From an uncultured Desulfovibrionaceae bacterium (lineage in GTDB: Bacteria > Desulfobacterota > Desulfovibrionia > Desulfovibrionales > Desulfovibrionaceae), in the NCBI GenBank assembly GCA_964369685.1, contig CAYJFB010000003.1, positions 13,549 to 77,548 of the forward strand: DNA of 64,000 nt. Direction: 5' to 3'. The notes beneath the pieces are model-generated. The model saw nothing but the letters and a program-made list of their open reading frames with translations. It ran no database searches and was not told the DNA's origin. Each line of letters opens with the position of its first letter. Position 1 is the first letter of the stretch. Made by a program: the position numbers and the translations under genes. Shown here in pieces: positions 47,332 through 57,564 of the stretch.

Positions 47332-47537
47332 ATGTTGCAAGGTCTTGTCTTGGAGAGACTGAGTGTTAAAAATTTGTGTTTTGCGCGAATTTTCTATATT
47401 TTATTTTGAGGTCAAAGTGTGAAATAGTTGTGTGTTGATATATTGCATAAAAAAACTTGATATGAACAAACAATACCCAAGAATTTACAATGAATACAAT
47501 CCTAAAAAACTTTTATTTCAAGAAAGGAGCATAGGCG

Positions 47538-48020
47538 GTGGGAATTGAAATTGAACGTAAATTTACCGTACTCAATGATTCATGGCGTTCGCTGGTTTCA
47601 TCAAGCACAATCTACACGCAAGCGTATATTGCGAGAACTCTGGGACACGCTGCCATACGTATCAGAATCATCAACGATACCCATGCCGTCATTACAGTCA
47701 AAGGCCCACGTAAACAATTGTCTCGTCTTGAATATGAATATGCCATACCTGTAACAGATGCACAAGAAATGCTCCGAACATTGGCTGTCGGGACTCCCGT
47801 CACGAAACGCCGAACAAAAATAACTTATCAAGGCGTTATTTGGGAAATTGACGAATATCTTGGTGTTCATCAAGGACTTGTCCTCGCTGAAGTTGAATTG
47901 GCACATGAATCTCAGAGGTTTGCCAAACCTTCTTGGATAGGAGAAGACGTAACCGGCGATCCACGCTATGGTAATGCCGCCCTTGAACGGAATAATATCG
48001 AAGATAAAACGAAAAATTGA
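47538..48020 (+). CDS. CYTH-domain protein (triphosphatase / class IV adenylate cyclase fold)
   Basis: The GTG start follows AGGAGC. The N-terminal EIERKF signature is present. 160 aa. Confidence 0.8.
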   Translation: MGIEIERKFTVLNDSWRSLVSSSTIYTQAYIARTLGHAAIRIRIINDTHAVITVKGPRKQLSRLEYEYAIPVTDAQEMLRTLAVGTPVTKRRTKITYQGVIWEIDEYLGVHQGLVLAEVELAHESQRFAKPSWIGEDVTGDPRYGNAALERNNIEDKTKN

Positions 48021-48271
48021 ACAGGATTTATACCTTACTTATATTTTAGATGAAAAATTTTTGAAGAGAATACAACATGACTGAAGTAAATAAAACAACA
48101 GAGTTTTAATATGGCAATATGTAGATGAACTGTGTATAATATATAAAATGAGTTGTAGATAAACTTGACAAAAATCATATTACAATATTAATAATATGTA
48201 GAAAGTATACCGAATAAAATCTTGAGGTGTGTAAACCACTATGCAGACAGCGACAGTAAGGAGCAAACAAC

Positions 48272-50419
48272 ATGACATATGAAGAGCTTTCTGCATTGGC
48301 TATGGATAGCCAAGATTTTCTGTGTTACATAGCGGACACAGAAACGTATGAATTATTGTATCTTAATAAAAAAACACGCGAAACATTTAATATCAAACAT
48401 CATGAAGAATACCTCGGTAAACCTTGCTATGTCATATTGCAAAACAAAAAATACCCTTGTTCATTTTGCACCAATGCTAAACTTGAAGAAGGTAAAGTTC
48501 TCAGTTGGAATACGCAAAATAAAAGAACCCAAAAACACTATGCCCTCTTTGATACTCTGCTACAGCTCAACGGACGAAAAGTTCGTATAGAAACTGCCTT
48601 TGATATGTCCGAACATCAGGAACAAGTGATCCGACTCTCACAAAGGCTGATGGAAGAAGAAACCCTGCTACATTGTATCCATACCTTAATGGAAAATGTA
48701 GAAATTGATGAGGCAATCAACAAACTTCTTGAAATTATCGGCACGCATTATAGAGCAGAACGAACCTATCTTTTTGAGCTTGATTACAAAACAGCTTTGG
48801 CACACAATACCTATGAATGGTGTGTTGACAAATCTCTTCATGAATTGGAAAAATTGCAAAATATTCCTTTAGAAGCACTTGAACCTTTTATTGAACATTT
48901 TCAAGTACATAAAGAATTGTATGTAAAAAATCTTGAACACGAGTTTGAAGAGCATACTGAAATATATACAGCGTTACATCGTAAGCAGGTTAAGAGTATG
49001 CTTATGGTTCCGTTGTACACAAAAAATATTGTTGTCGGTTTCCTTGGTGTGGATAATCCGCAACATGCCGATTTGGATTTTACACTTCTGCATTCTGTAG
49101 CACTCTTTGTTTATGACGATCTTAAAAAACGTCGAATGCGTCAACAACTTGAACACTTGAGTTATACAGACATGATGACGGGATTATATAATAGAAACAA
49201 GTATATAGAACGTGTTGCAGAACTTGAGCAAATGAAATTGCAGAGCTTTGGCGTTGTTTATGCCGATGTAAATGGTTTAAAACAGGCAAATGACTTGTAT
49301 GGACACAACTATGGAGACCGTATTCTTAAAAGTGTTGCTACAAAACTTTCTGCAGCGCTCAAAAAAGACGTATATAGAATAGGCGGTGATGAGTTTATCG
49401 CTTTTTGTCCCAACATATCTCAGCAAGAATTTGAAACGCTTGTGGCTCATTTGCGTAAAACAGCACTCCCACAAGGTGATTGTTCTTTTTCCATCGGGAG
49501 TTTATGGAAAGATAAAGACATTGATGTGTTGCGTGAAATCACTCGATCCGATGAAATCATGTATGCCGAAAAACAAAATTATTACAAAACAATGCTTCCC
49601 GGGCGTGTCAATCGTCGCTCTGCTGCGGCAGAATCTGTACTTTCTGAAATTCGTGAAGGCTTGTTTTGTACATATCTACAACCTAAAGTGGATTTACAAA
49701 CGGGAAAAATTGTCGGTGCGGAAGCGCTTGTCAGAAAACACGATCACAACGGACACGTTATTTCTCCCGCCAGATTTATTCCTATTTATGAGCACGACGG
49801 TACCATTCGTCATGTGGATTTTTTTGTCCTTGAGAGTGTTTGCCAAATACTTGCGAAAATAATGACACTTGGGATTGCGCCATTAAAAATTTCTTTAAAT
49901 TTTTCACGTGTCACGTTCATGGAGTATGATTTGGTGAATGCCATCACGACCATATGTGATACATATTCAATACCTTATAATTACATTGATGTTGAAATAA
50001 CAGAAACAGCAGACAAAATGGACTCTGATTTTTTTGAAGAAAAACTCAAAAATATTCGTGATGCCGGTTTTTGTGTTTCTCTTGATGATTTTGGCACAAA
50101 CTATTCCAATCTCATTATTCTTTCTCTTTCAGAATTTTCAACCATTAAAATGGATAAAAGCCTTATCGACAATATCAGCCAAAATATCAAAAATCGTACT
50201 ATCGTTGAATACTTGATAAAAATGATTAATGCGCTCAAAGAATCTGTATGCATTGCCGAAGGCATAGAAACAGAAGAGCAAAAAGAATTTTTACAACAAT
50301 GCGGTTGTATGTATGGTCAAGGCTATCTTTTCTATAAGCCTGTACCCATAGAAACGTTTTTACAACTCTATGAACAAAACATGAAAGAACATTCAAGCAT
50401 TGTAAATGAAATTTATTAG
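48272..50419 (+). CDS. Sensor (PAS/GAF-like) - GGDEF - EAL protein
   Basis: RIGGDEF is present without an RxxD I-site. EALVRKHD, LNFS, EITET, DDFGTNYSNL, KMDKS, AEGIETEEQ and GQGYLFYKP are present. Confidence 0.88.
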   Translation: MTYEELSALAMDSQDFLCYIADTETYELLYLNKKTRETFNIKHHEEYLGKPCYVILQNKKYPCSFCTNAKLEEGKVLSWNTQNKRTQKHYALFDTLLQLNGRKVRIETAFDMSEHQEQVIRLSQRLMEEETLLHCIHTLMENVEIDEAINKLLEIIGTHYRAERTYLFELDYKTALAHNTYEWCVDKSLHELEKLQNIPLEALEPFIEHFQVHKELYVKNLEHEFEEHTEIYTALHRKQVKSMLMVPLYTKNIVVGFLGVDNPQHADLDFTLLHSVALFVYDDLKKRRMRQQLEHLSYTDMMTGLYNRNKYIERVAELEQMKLQSFGVVYADVNGLKQANDLYGHNYGDRILKSVATKLSAALKKDVYRIGGDEFIAFCPNISQQEFETLVAHLRKTALPQGDCSFSIGSLWKDKDIDVLREITRSDEIMYAEKQNYYKTMLPGRVNRRSAAAESVLSEIREGLFCTYLQPKVDLQTGKIVGAEALVRKHDHNGHVISPARFIPIYEHDGTIRHVDFFVLESVCQILAKIMTLGIAPLKISLNFSRVTFMEYDLVNAITTICDTYSIPYNYIDVEITETADKMDSDFFEEKLKNIRDAGFCVSLDDFGTNYSNLIILSLSEFSTIKMDKSLIDNISQNIKNRTIVEYLIKMINALKESVCIAEGIETEEQKEFLQQCGCMYGQGYLFYKPVPIETFLQLYEQNMKEHSSIVNEIY

Positions 50420-50471
50420 CAATTTTTTTGAGGGATGGTGATGTTAGAAAAAAAGATATTTGCTATCTTTT

Positions 50472-51677
50472 TTATACTCCCTCAGTTTCGTATGGGCTAT
50501 ACTCTGCTTGTATGCCGACAATATCGATATCCAGTGTGTTTTCTTTCAAAAAAAGGACAGTCGCTGCGTCTGAGACTTTAAGCACGCTCTCGTCATGAAT
50601 AAAGCCTTCATGAATCCCAAACAATAAATAGTGTTCTACAGGATTGAGATCGGCAACAACAAAATCGGCAATTAATTCAGAGAGTGTGAACTCAGGATTT
50701 GTTTTTTGCATATCGGCAAGTTTGAGTTCCAAATACGTTTGTGTATCAAAATTCGTAGACGGGTTCACGCCTTCATGCCATCCATACATTGAATAATGAC
50801 TCCAAGCATTGAGTCCCGCTTGTTGAAGAGTTGAGTATGTGTTGTAATACTGTTCTTTATCAACAAGCTGTGTTTTATAATCAAATGCCGCTTTTTCTCC
50901 ATAGTATACGGCAGGATCAAAGAATACATTCGGTGCAATATCTTTACTTTGTCCAATATCTATAAAATGTGTGTATAAATTCGTGTAGTCATAACCTGTT
51001 TGTTGCAACTCCATGCGCAAGAGTTCTTCTGTATAGGCGAAGTCTGTTGTTTGTAATTGCTGAAGCAAAGAAGAAAAATAATAATCGTTTTCAAACCAAA
51101 GGGGGGACGGTAAGGACGGTAAAAATATTGGATCTTCTACAGTCAATATTTTTACATCAGAAATAAAATTTTCTTGTATTCCATACATATAATAATGTTC
51201 TATGGGGTTCAAGTGTATTGTCGTAAATGCATGAATCAAATCAAAAAGTTCAAACGTTGTATGTATTTTTTGTAAATCTGTTAGTTTGAGTTGTAGATAA
51301 TATTGGGTATCAAAACGATTTGAAGGATTAAGTCCCTCATGCCAACCGTACAGTGAGTAGTGACTCCAAGCATTCAATCCAAAAGCATGAATAGCGGATA
51401 CAATGTTATTATATTGTTCTTGAGTTATTGTAGAAATATTGTAAAAATCTGTAGCTTTTGCTGTATAATAAAGAATAGGATCAAAAAAGATGTTTGGAGA
51501 AACATCTTCATATTGTCCATAAAGCACAAAATGTTGGTAAAGACCCTCATCTCCTATAAAGCCAACAGTCAATAATGTTTCTTCTAGACGTTCTTTTGTA
51601 TATGAAGCATCATGTTTTTGTAATGATTGTAATTTACTTGTAAAGTAGTAACGAGCGTCAAACCATGCGGGAATCAT
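50472..51677 (-). CDS. Internally duplicated repeat protein of unknown function (2 x ~190 aa, each built from three F-D-x3-Y...H-Y-x3-G-x-x-E-G sub-repeats)
   Basis: A GGAGG SD is present. The halves align clearly (WFDARYYF.../WFENDYYF...; GLNAWSHYSLYGWHEGLNPS/GLNAWSHYSMYGWHEGVNPS). No signal peptide is evident. Confidence 0.7.
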   Translation of the reverse strand: MIPAWFDARYYFTSKLQSLQKHDASYTKERLEETLLTVGFIGDEGLYQHFVLYGQYEDVSPNIFFDPILYYTAKATDFYNISTITQEQYNNIVSAIHAFGLNAWSHYSLYGWHEGLNPSNRFDTQYYLQLKLTDLQKIHTTFELFDLIHAFTTIHLNPIEHYYMYGIQENFISDVKILTVEDPIFLPSLPSPLWFENDYYFSSLLQQLQTTDFAYTEELLRMELQQTGYDYTNLYTHFIDIGQSKDIAPNVFFDPAVYYGEKAAFDYKTQLVDKEQYYNTYSTLQQAGLNAWSHYSMYGWHEGVNPSTNFDTQTYLELKLADMQKTNPEFTLSELIADFVVADLNPVEHYLLFGIHEGFIHDESVLKVSDAATVLFLKENTLDIDIVGIQAEYSPYETEGV

Positions 51678-52055
51678 CTTGCCTCCATGGAAAATATTGT
51701 AGATGTCTCAAATGAAGGAAAGGCAATATTACTTATTTGACTATAATAACTCTTTTTTATTATAATAACAAGAAAATTTTTAATGTCTATGACAATATAT
51801 TATGTTTATTTATAAAATATGATGAGCCAGTGTATAATACAAAATTTCAAATTGCCGTTAAATTGGCACTCCTCTTTTCTGTTGTAAGATCATTTTTGAG
51901 ATGTTCTGCAAAAGCGTAATGATGTGAGGGGATGTTTTTAAATACATTTTTTGCAGAAACATTCTCTTTCTGTCTGCTTCATGCAATCAAAATACAATGT
52001 TTTATTTAGAAACAGTCCCCATACACTACGAAAAGTCGCCTTCTTTTGACATGAA

Positions 52056-52946
52056 TTAACGTAAAACTTGCGTGCCGACCCCCTGATCCGTCAACAGATC
52101 GAGAAGAACACAATTTTCGACACGCCCATCAAGGATAGAAACACGGCCGGCACCCCGTTTGAGTGCTTCAAGGCAACAATCAACTTTTGGAATCATGCCG
52201 CCTGTAACGGTGCCGTTAGCGATGAGTGTTTTGGCTTCATCTATTTTAATTTTTTGAATGAGCGTTTTATCTTTATCAAGCACACCGGGCACATCGGTCA
52301 ATAATAAAAAACGACAGGCTTTGAGTGCGCCTGCAATGGCGCCTGCGGCGTCGTCGGCATTGATATTGTATGTATACCCTTCGGCATCCACGCCGACAGG
52401 CGCGATGACGGGAATAAAATCACTACCGATTAACGAATGTAGCAGACTTGTATCCACGCGGGTGACTTCGCCAACATTGCCAATATCAATAATTTCAGGT
52501 GGTAAGTTTTCACGATTGACTAAAATATTCTTTTTTTGTGCCGAAAGCAGTAAGCCGTCTTTTCCTGAAAGCCCTACTGCACGCGCGCCGGCTTGATTGA
52601 TTTGGTTAACAATGTCTTTATTGACCGAACCGACCAAAACCATTTCGACAACATTCATGGTGGCGTCGTCCGTTACACGCAAACCACCCTCAAATCGTGA
52701 AGGAATATTCAGTTGTTTTAGCATATTGCCTATTTGAGGGCCGCCGCCGTGTACGACAACAGGATGAATACCCACAAGCTTTAACAGTGCTACACTGCGA
52801 GCAAATGAGGCTTTGAGAGTGTCGTTGGTCATGGCGTGGCCACCGTATTTGATCACAACAATTTCATTATGAAAATCACGCAAGTAGGGTAAACATTCGA
52901 CAAGCACCTGCGATTTGAGTTGAGCCGCTTCATGAAGCATAGTCAT
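52056..52946 (-). CDS. argB: Acetylglutamate kinase
   Basis: [18 protein letters not shown] and NINADDAAG. The ATG at 52946 follows AAGGAAA. Confidence 0.93.
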   Translation of the reverse strand: MTMLHEAAQLKSQVLVECLPYLRDFHNEIVVIKYGGHAMTNDTLKASFARSVALLKLVGIHPVVVHGGGPQIGNMLKQLNIPSRFEGGLRVTDDATMNVVEMVLVGSVNKDIVNQINQAGARAVGLSGKDGLLLSAQKKNILVNRENLPPEIIDIGNVGEVTRVDTSLLHSLIGSDFIPVIAPVGVDAEGYTYNINADDAAGAIAGALKACRFLLLTDVPGVLDKDKTLIQKIKIDEAKTLIANGTVTGGMIPKVDCCLEALKRGAGRVSILDGRVENCVLLDLLTDQGVGTQVLR

Positions 52947-53006
52947 TCTTTGTTTCCTTTGTTCCTTATTTTCAAGAGGCACAGCCTTCCGCACAAAGAC
53001 AATATA

Positions 53007-54059
53007 TCAATTGTCGCGGGTTGTGGAGTGTAAAAGATCCATGATTTCTAAAAAAACTCTTGTATGAGAGATTGAACGCAAACATTCTCCGTGATGTGGG
53101 CAGGCTTTTTTACCGTGCAAACTACAAGGACGGCAAGGAAGCGCTGTTGTTGTTTCAAGAACACGATCGTTTTTTCCTTGTGGAAAAAAGCCCCATTCAC
53201 GCGTTGTGGGGCCAAAAAGTGCAACAACGGGTGTCCCTACGGCCGAGGCAAGATGCATGGGACCTGAGTCACCCGTTACCAACACAGATGCCAAAGAAAG
53301 CAATGCGCATGTTTCGCGCAAGTCGGTTTGATTTGTCAAATCGTTTTTTTGTGTACACAGCCATTGTTGTTGATGATGTATTGCTGTGTTGGCTGTCTGA
53401 CCGAGAACAATCCAAGGGATGCCTTGTTGATCCAGTATTTTTGTTAATGCGTGCCAAGCGGCTGTCGGCCACATTTTATTGTTATGTGTCGCGTAAGGGT
53501 GTAGAGCCACGAAAGGTTGTGTCGTGCATTGGGGCACGCGTTCATGTAACAGCGCGTAGGCTTTTTGTTGTTCTTCTTTTGTAAGATAGAGTTGAGGCAA
53601 GAGGTTTTCTGTTTTTGGAGGCATCGTTTCCCGCGTTAAAGCGTAGCGTTGTGTGACGGTGTGTTCAAGCAAACTGTTTTTGAAGAAGCGTCCGTGTGAC
53701 AAGAGAAACGTTCTTCGTCGGAAACCTTGTTTGGGATAGCGCAACACTGTGCCGTGCCATAAAAGAGACAAGAGGCGTGTACGAAGATTGCTGTGTAAAT
53801 CAATAAGTGTGCATTGTTTATATTCTTGTGCCAATTGTTGCCAACGGCGTAAAAGAGCGGGGGGGTGTAATTCATCTTTTTGTAGACCAATCACTCGTTC
53901 AATGGCAGGGTGATGGGCAAAAAGTGGCACAAAGGCGGCTTTGGTCAATACATGAAATTGTTCATTGCGTGTTTCATGCCAATAACGCAAGACACCTGTT
54001 GTTAAAACAACATCTCCCATGGCTCCAAGCCGCACAGTCAACAATGATTGCATACACAT
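53007..54059 (-). CDS. Glycosyltransferase family 9 (LPS heptosyltransferase-like)
   Basis: RLGAMGDVVLTTGVLRYW and VTGDSGPMHLASAVGTPVVALFGPT. Confidence 0.85.
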   Translation of the reverse strand: MCMQSLLTVRLGAMGDVVLTTGVLRYWHETRNEQFHVLTKAAFVPLFAHHPAIERVIGLQKDELHPPALLRRWQQLAQEYKQCTLIDLHSNLRTRLLSLLWHGTVLRYPKQGFRRRTFLLSHGRFFKNSLLEHTVTQRYALTRETMPPKTENLLPQLYLTKEEQQKAYALLHERVPQCTTQPFVALHPYATHNNKMWPTAAWHALTKILDQQGIPWIVLGQTANTAIHHQQQWLCTQKNDLTNQTDLRETCALLSLASVLVTGDSGPMHLASAVGTPVVALFGPTTREWGFFPQGKNDRVLETTTALPCRPCSLHGKKACPHHGECLRSISHTRVFLEIMDLLHSTTRDN

Positions 54060-54122
54060 CCTTAAAAAATAGAGTTTTTGAATGTTTTTTGTAGAGATGA
54101 TAAATTTTTGAGGAGTCTTTTT

Positions 54123-54797
54123 TCAAGAGCAGATAGTCGTGTGTATCGGATTGCCTTTTGTGTCCAAAGTGATGATTTGACAGGGCAGATTGACAACACT
54201 TTGTTTGAGCGCTTCTTGTACGGCTTTAGCCAATCCTGTGCAGCAGGGTACTTCCATATGTATTATGGTGAGAGAGTTTAATGGGTTTGTTTGTATAATA
54301 GCGGTTAAGATTTGTTTGTAATCGGTCGCATCAAGTTTTGGACAACCGATTGCGATGACCTTGTCTTTCGCATACGCTTGATGGAAATCTTTTGCGGCAT
54401 AGGCTGCGCAGTCTGCGGCGACAAGCAGATTGGCGTGTTTCAAAAAATCAGCTTGAACGGGGAACAGGCGGAGTTGTAACGGCCATTGATGTTGTTGTTC
54501 CGCAAAAATGGGCAAGAGTGCTTGCGTGGGAAGAGGGCAGGGGGTGTGTGCTTTTGTTTGTTGCGTAAGGTTTGCCTGGACAGCGGCTTCATTGTAGGGC
54601 AACGCTTCACGTTGTTCAAATGTGATTGCACCTGTCGGACAAACGGGAAGACAGTCTCCCAAACCATCACAATAATCATCACGTAATAATACGGCTTTTC
54701 CGTCTACCATGCCAATGGCCCCTTCATGGCAGGCCGTCGCACACAACGTACACCCGTTACAGGTCTGTTCATCAATACGAATGATTGTACGAATCAT
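54123..54797 (-). CDS. 4Fe-4S dicluster domain protein with a conserved Cys-containing C-terminal domain
   Basis: CNGCTLCATACHEGAI and CDGLGDCLPVCPTGAI, then GCPKLD...MEVPCCTG. Confidence 0.75.
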   Translation of the reverse strand: MIRTIIRIDEQTCNGCTLCATACHEGAIGMVDGKAVLLRDDYCDGLGDCLPVCPTGAITFEQREALPYNEAAVQANLTQQTKAHTPCPLPTQALLPIFAEQQHQWPLQLRLFPVQADFLKHANLLVAADCAAYAAKDFHQAYAKDKVIAIGCPKLDATDYKQILTAIIQTNPLNSLTIIHMEVPCCTGLAKAVQEALKQSVVNLPCQIITLDTKGNPIHTTICS

Positions 54798-54927
54798 GGT
54801 AACCTCTTTTGGAATATTTACAGATTTGTCAGTTTTTTAGAGTGTTTTTGTATGATTACAGTCTTTCTCGTTGAGGTGAGGTTCATATTTAACAATATAA
54901 TCAAAGGAAGGAATCACACATAAAATA

Positions 54928-55458
54928 CTATCGAATACGCATGTAACCACTCATCACAAGACCGCCTGTCAATATTTGTGTGTGTACATGTTCAAACTTT
55001 TGTGGTTTTGGCAGAGCACCGAATAAAGGCACACCACCGCCCAAGACGATGGGGATGTGTGTTAAAGTCATGCTGTCAATGAGTCCTTTTTCCATAAAAC
55101 TTTGAACAACTTTTCCTCCATCAATATATATTTCGTTATATCCGTTTTGTCGCAGGGTGCGTAACAGAAATGACGGTTCTTCGCGTGTCAAGGTCACTTT
55201 GTCCGCCATGGTTTCATGGACATGATGCAGTGTTTTACTCAAAACAAAAACAGGTTTGGTGTATGGCCATACGCCAAACTGTAAGACGGCTTCAAACGTA
55301 TTGCGCCCCATCACAACAGCATCGACAGTATCCATAAACAGCGTAAACGGTGCGTCGTCACCTTGTTCTTGGGGGTAGATTGCCAACCAATCAACACTGT
55401 TGTTGCGGTCTGCAATATAACCATCTAAACTGACAGCCAAAAAAATGTGATTTGCCAT
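54928..55458 (-). CDS. Dihydrofolate-reductase-like (RibD C-terminal domain) family protein
   Basis: MANHIFLAVSLDGYIADRNNSVDWL, IDGGKVVQSF and a length of 176 aa. Confidence 0.8.
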   Translation of the reverse strand: MANHIFLAVSLDGYIADRNNSVDWLAIYPQEQGDDAPFTLFMDTVDAVVMGRNTFEAVLQFGVWPYTKPVFVLSKTLHHVHETMADKVTLTREEPSFLLRTLRQNGYNEIYIDGGKVVQSFMEKGLIDSMTLTHIPIVLGGGVPLFGALPKPQKFEHVHTQILTGGLVMSGYMRIR

Positions 55459-55595
55459 CGTGTTTCCTCCATGTCTTTTTTTATATGTTCATGCTTTCTT
55501 TTTATATAAATGATGAATTGCTTTTCAGCGGTGCTGAGCGTATTTTATTTTTCTTTGAAACGCCACGTCGAGACTCGATATATTGAGAGGGCTGT

Positions 55596-56660
55596 ATGCT
55601 GAATAAAACATCAATGATTATACCTATTAAAGATAATCACCATATGCTTGACGAGATTATTCGTTATCATGCACCGACAGGCATACATATATATATTGTC
55701 CATGATACAACAACACCATATGCAGATGATATAAGAATAACGTATGATAACGTACATTATGCTTGTATGCCAAACACGTCTGTCGGTGAACGGGTTCGGT
55801 ATGCGCTTGAAACCGTTACAACACCTTATTGCGTTTTTAGAGGCGACAGACGGCACATATCAAACACTTCAATACACACGTCTGTTCGTTTTTTGGAAGA
55901 CAATCAAGACTATTCATCTTCAAGCGGAATATGGTTGCAAAATGATCTTTCGTTGTATTATATGATAGAATTACTCGGAAAAAACGGCCTTCACAATGAT
56001 CCGTTGGAACGTGTGCAAACGCAAGCTTTATCCTACCAGCTTCCTTATTATAACGTCCAAAGAACGTTGCTGTCAAAAGTGTATTTTGAAATACTGAAAC
56101 GCATTGAAAAGAATATACAAAATTTGTATTATTATGAGTATATACACGCTTTTTTATGTTTTTTTACAGGAAAAACGAAACAATTTACGCATTTTACAGG
56201 TATAGTCCAAGATAAAGCACAACCTTCTTCATACAGAGAACAATGGCGTACTGTTTTGCCGATTTTTCAAAGTGTGGAACACACAGAATACATGATTGAA
56301 ATTATCAAGAGCCTTTTGCCGGAATATGGTTTTTCTGTACAACATATTGCCGAAGCCTTACGTTTATTTCACGCCAATATGGCTATACGTTTTATTGGCT
56401 ACAGAATAAATACCGTGTTGAAACAAGAAGAAACGGTAAAAAGTTTTAGCTATATGGAAGAACTTTTTGCACAGATGAATCAAAACACAGCGCAAGGCAA
56501 TGTGCTGAGCGAAAAATATCTCAGAACACTTCTCACCCTATCGTTTTCTGAGTATGCGCATTACAAGCACATCAAGCATCTTTTTGAAAAGTCAGATTTT
56601 TCAGAAATGAATGCCGTTATGCGCATGATGGAAAATATAAAAAAGAACGCACCAAGATAA
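55596..56660 (+). CDS. Hypothetical protein, possibly with an N-terminal GT-A-like glycosyltransferase fold (weak)
   Basis: A 354-aa ORF, AT-rich. The N-terminal SMIIPIKDNHHML resembles the start of GT2-type enzymes. Nothing else is recognisable. Confidence 0.5.
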   Translation: MLNKTSMIIPIKDNHHMLDEIIRYHAPTGIHIYIVHDTTTPYADDIRITYDNVHYACMPNTSVGERVRYALETVTTPYCVFRGDRRHISNTSIHTSVRFLEDNQDYSSSSGIWLQNDLSLYYMIELLGKNGLHNDPLERVQTQALSYQLPYYNVQRTLLSKVYFEILKRIEKNIQNLYYYEYIHAFLCFFTGKTKQFTHFTGIVQDKAQPSSYREQWRTVLPIFQSVEHTEYMIEIIKSLLPEYGFSVQHIAEALRLFHANMAIRFIGYRINTVLKQEETVKSFSYMEELFAQMNQNTAQGNVLSEKYLRTLLTLSFSEYAHYKHIKHLFEKSDFSEMNAVMRMMENIKKNAPR

Positions 56661-56751
56661 TTTTTTGACAGCGGGTTGATTTGCTTGCCTCTTTGAATAA
56701 GTTCAGGCAAAATATATAAAACTATTTTTACTCAATAAGGATGAACACACG

Positions 56752-57258
56752 ATGGCCAATCCCATGGTACTTCTTGAAACAACCTCCGGCGATATTCTGC
56801 TTGAACTGTTTCCCGAACAAGCTCCGGAAACAGTGAAAAACTTTCTTGAATATGTGCAAGAAGGGTTTTATGCCAACACCATTTTTCATCGAGTTATAAA
56901 GGGCTTTATGATTCAAGGTGGTGGTATGAACATTAAAATGGAAGAAAAAGACACCAAAGCACCCATTCAAAATGAAGCCGCCAACGGCTTGAAAAACACC
57001 CGCGGTACCATTGCCATGGCACGAACCCGCGAACCGCACAGCGCCACAGCACAATTTTTTATCAACGCCACAGATAATGAATTCCTGAACTTTACTTCGC
57101 CTGATGAAGACGGATATGGATATTGTGTGTTCGGTAAAGTTGAAGAAGGCTTGGAAACTGTCGACGCCATTCTCAAATCTAAAACGCGTACGGTTGGTAT
57201 CCATGCCGATGTGCCTGTTGATTCGGTCATGATCACCAACGCAAGTCTTTTTTCATAA
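56752..57258 (+). CDS. ppiB: Cyclophilin-type peptidyl-prolyl cis-trans isomerase
   Basis: [14 protein letters not shown] and SATAQFFIN. Confidence 0.93.
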   Translation: MANPMVLLETTSGDILLELFPEQAPETVKNFLEYVQEGFYANTIFHRVIKGFMIQGGGMNIKMEEKDTKAPIQNEAANGLKNTRGTIAMARTREPHSATAQFFINATDNEFLNFTSPDEDGYGYCVFGKVEEGLETVDAILKSKTRTVGIHADVPVDSVMITNASLFS

Positions 57259-57273
57259 GCCGATGTCTGACTG

Positions 57274-57310
57274 CTTTCCGAGGGCTTGTCTCTCGGAAAG
57301 TGTTTTTTGT
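57274..57310 (+). terminator. Canonical intrinsic terminator after ppiB
   Basis: CTTTCCGAG-N9-CTCGGAAAG followed by TGTTTTTTGT. Confidence 0.8.
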
Positions 57311-57564
57311 ATTTATCCTTTCTTTTTCTTTCTGCGTGTTCTTTTTTTATTGATTATGCAGAATGTTTTTTACTTTCTTTTTTCTTTCTGTGCCCTTTCT
57401 CATCTTTGTAAAACCGCTTCTGCAAAACCGCTCAGCACATTTTTTTGCAGCGTCATATGTTTGCGGACAGATGCGTTTCTTTTTCAGAAAGGGGGGTATT
57501 AAGAAAGGGGGCTGTATGTGTTCTCTTTTTTTGAAGACCATTCCACAGAAAAAAGGATTTTTTT

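Noticed and set aside
57480-57560. The G-rich segment AAAGGGGGGTATTAAGAAAGGGGGCTG upstream of the U32 gene as another copy of the stop-proximal repeat, in inverse orientation.
   Set aside because: It shares only the C5TTT run when reverse-complemented. It has no hairpin partner, no stop-codon association and no CCCCTTGT box.
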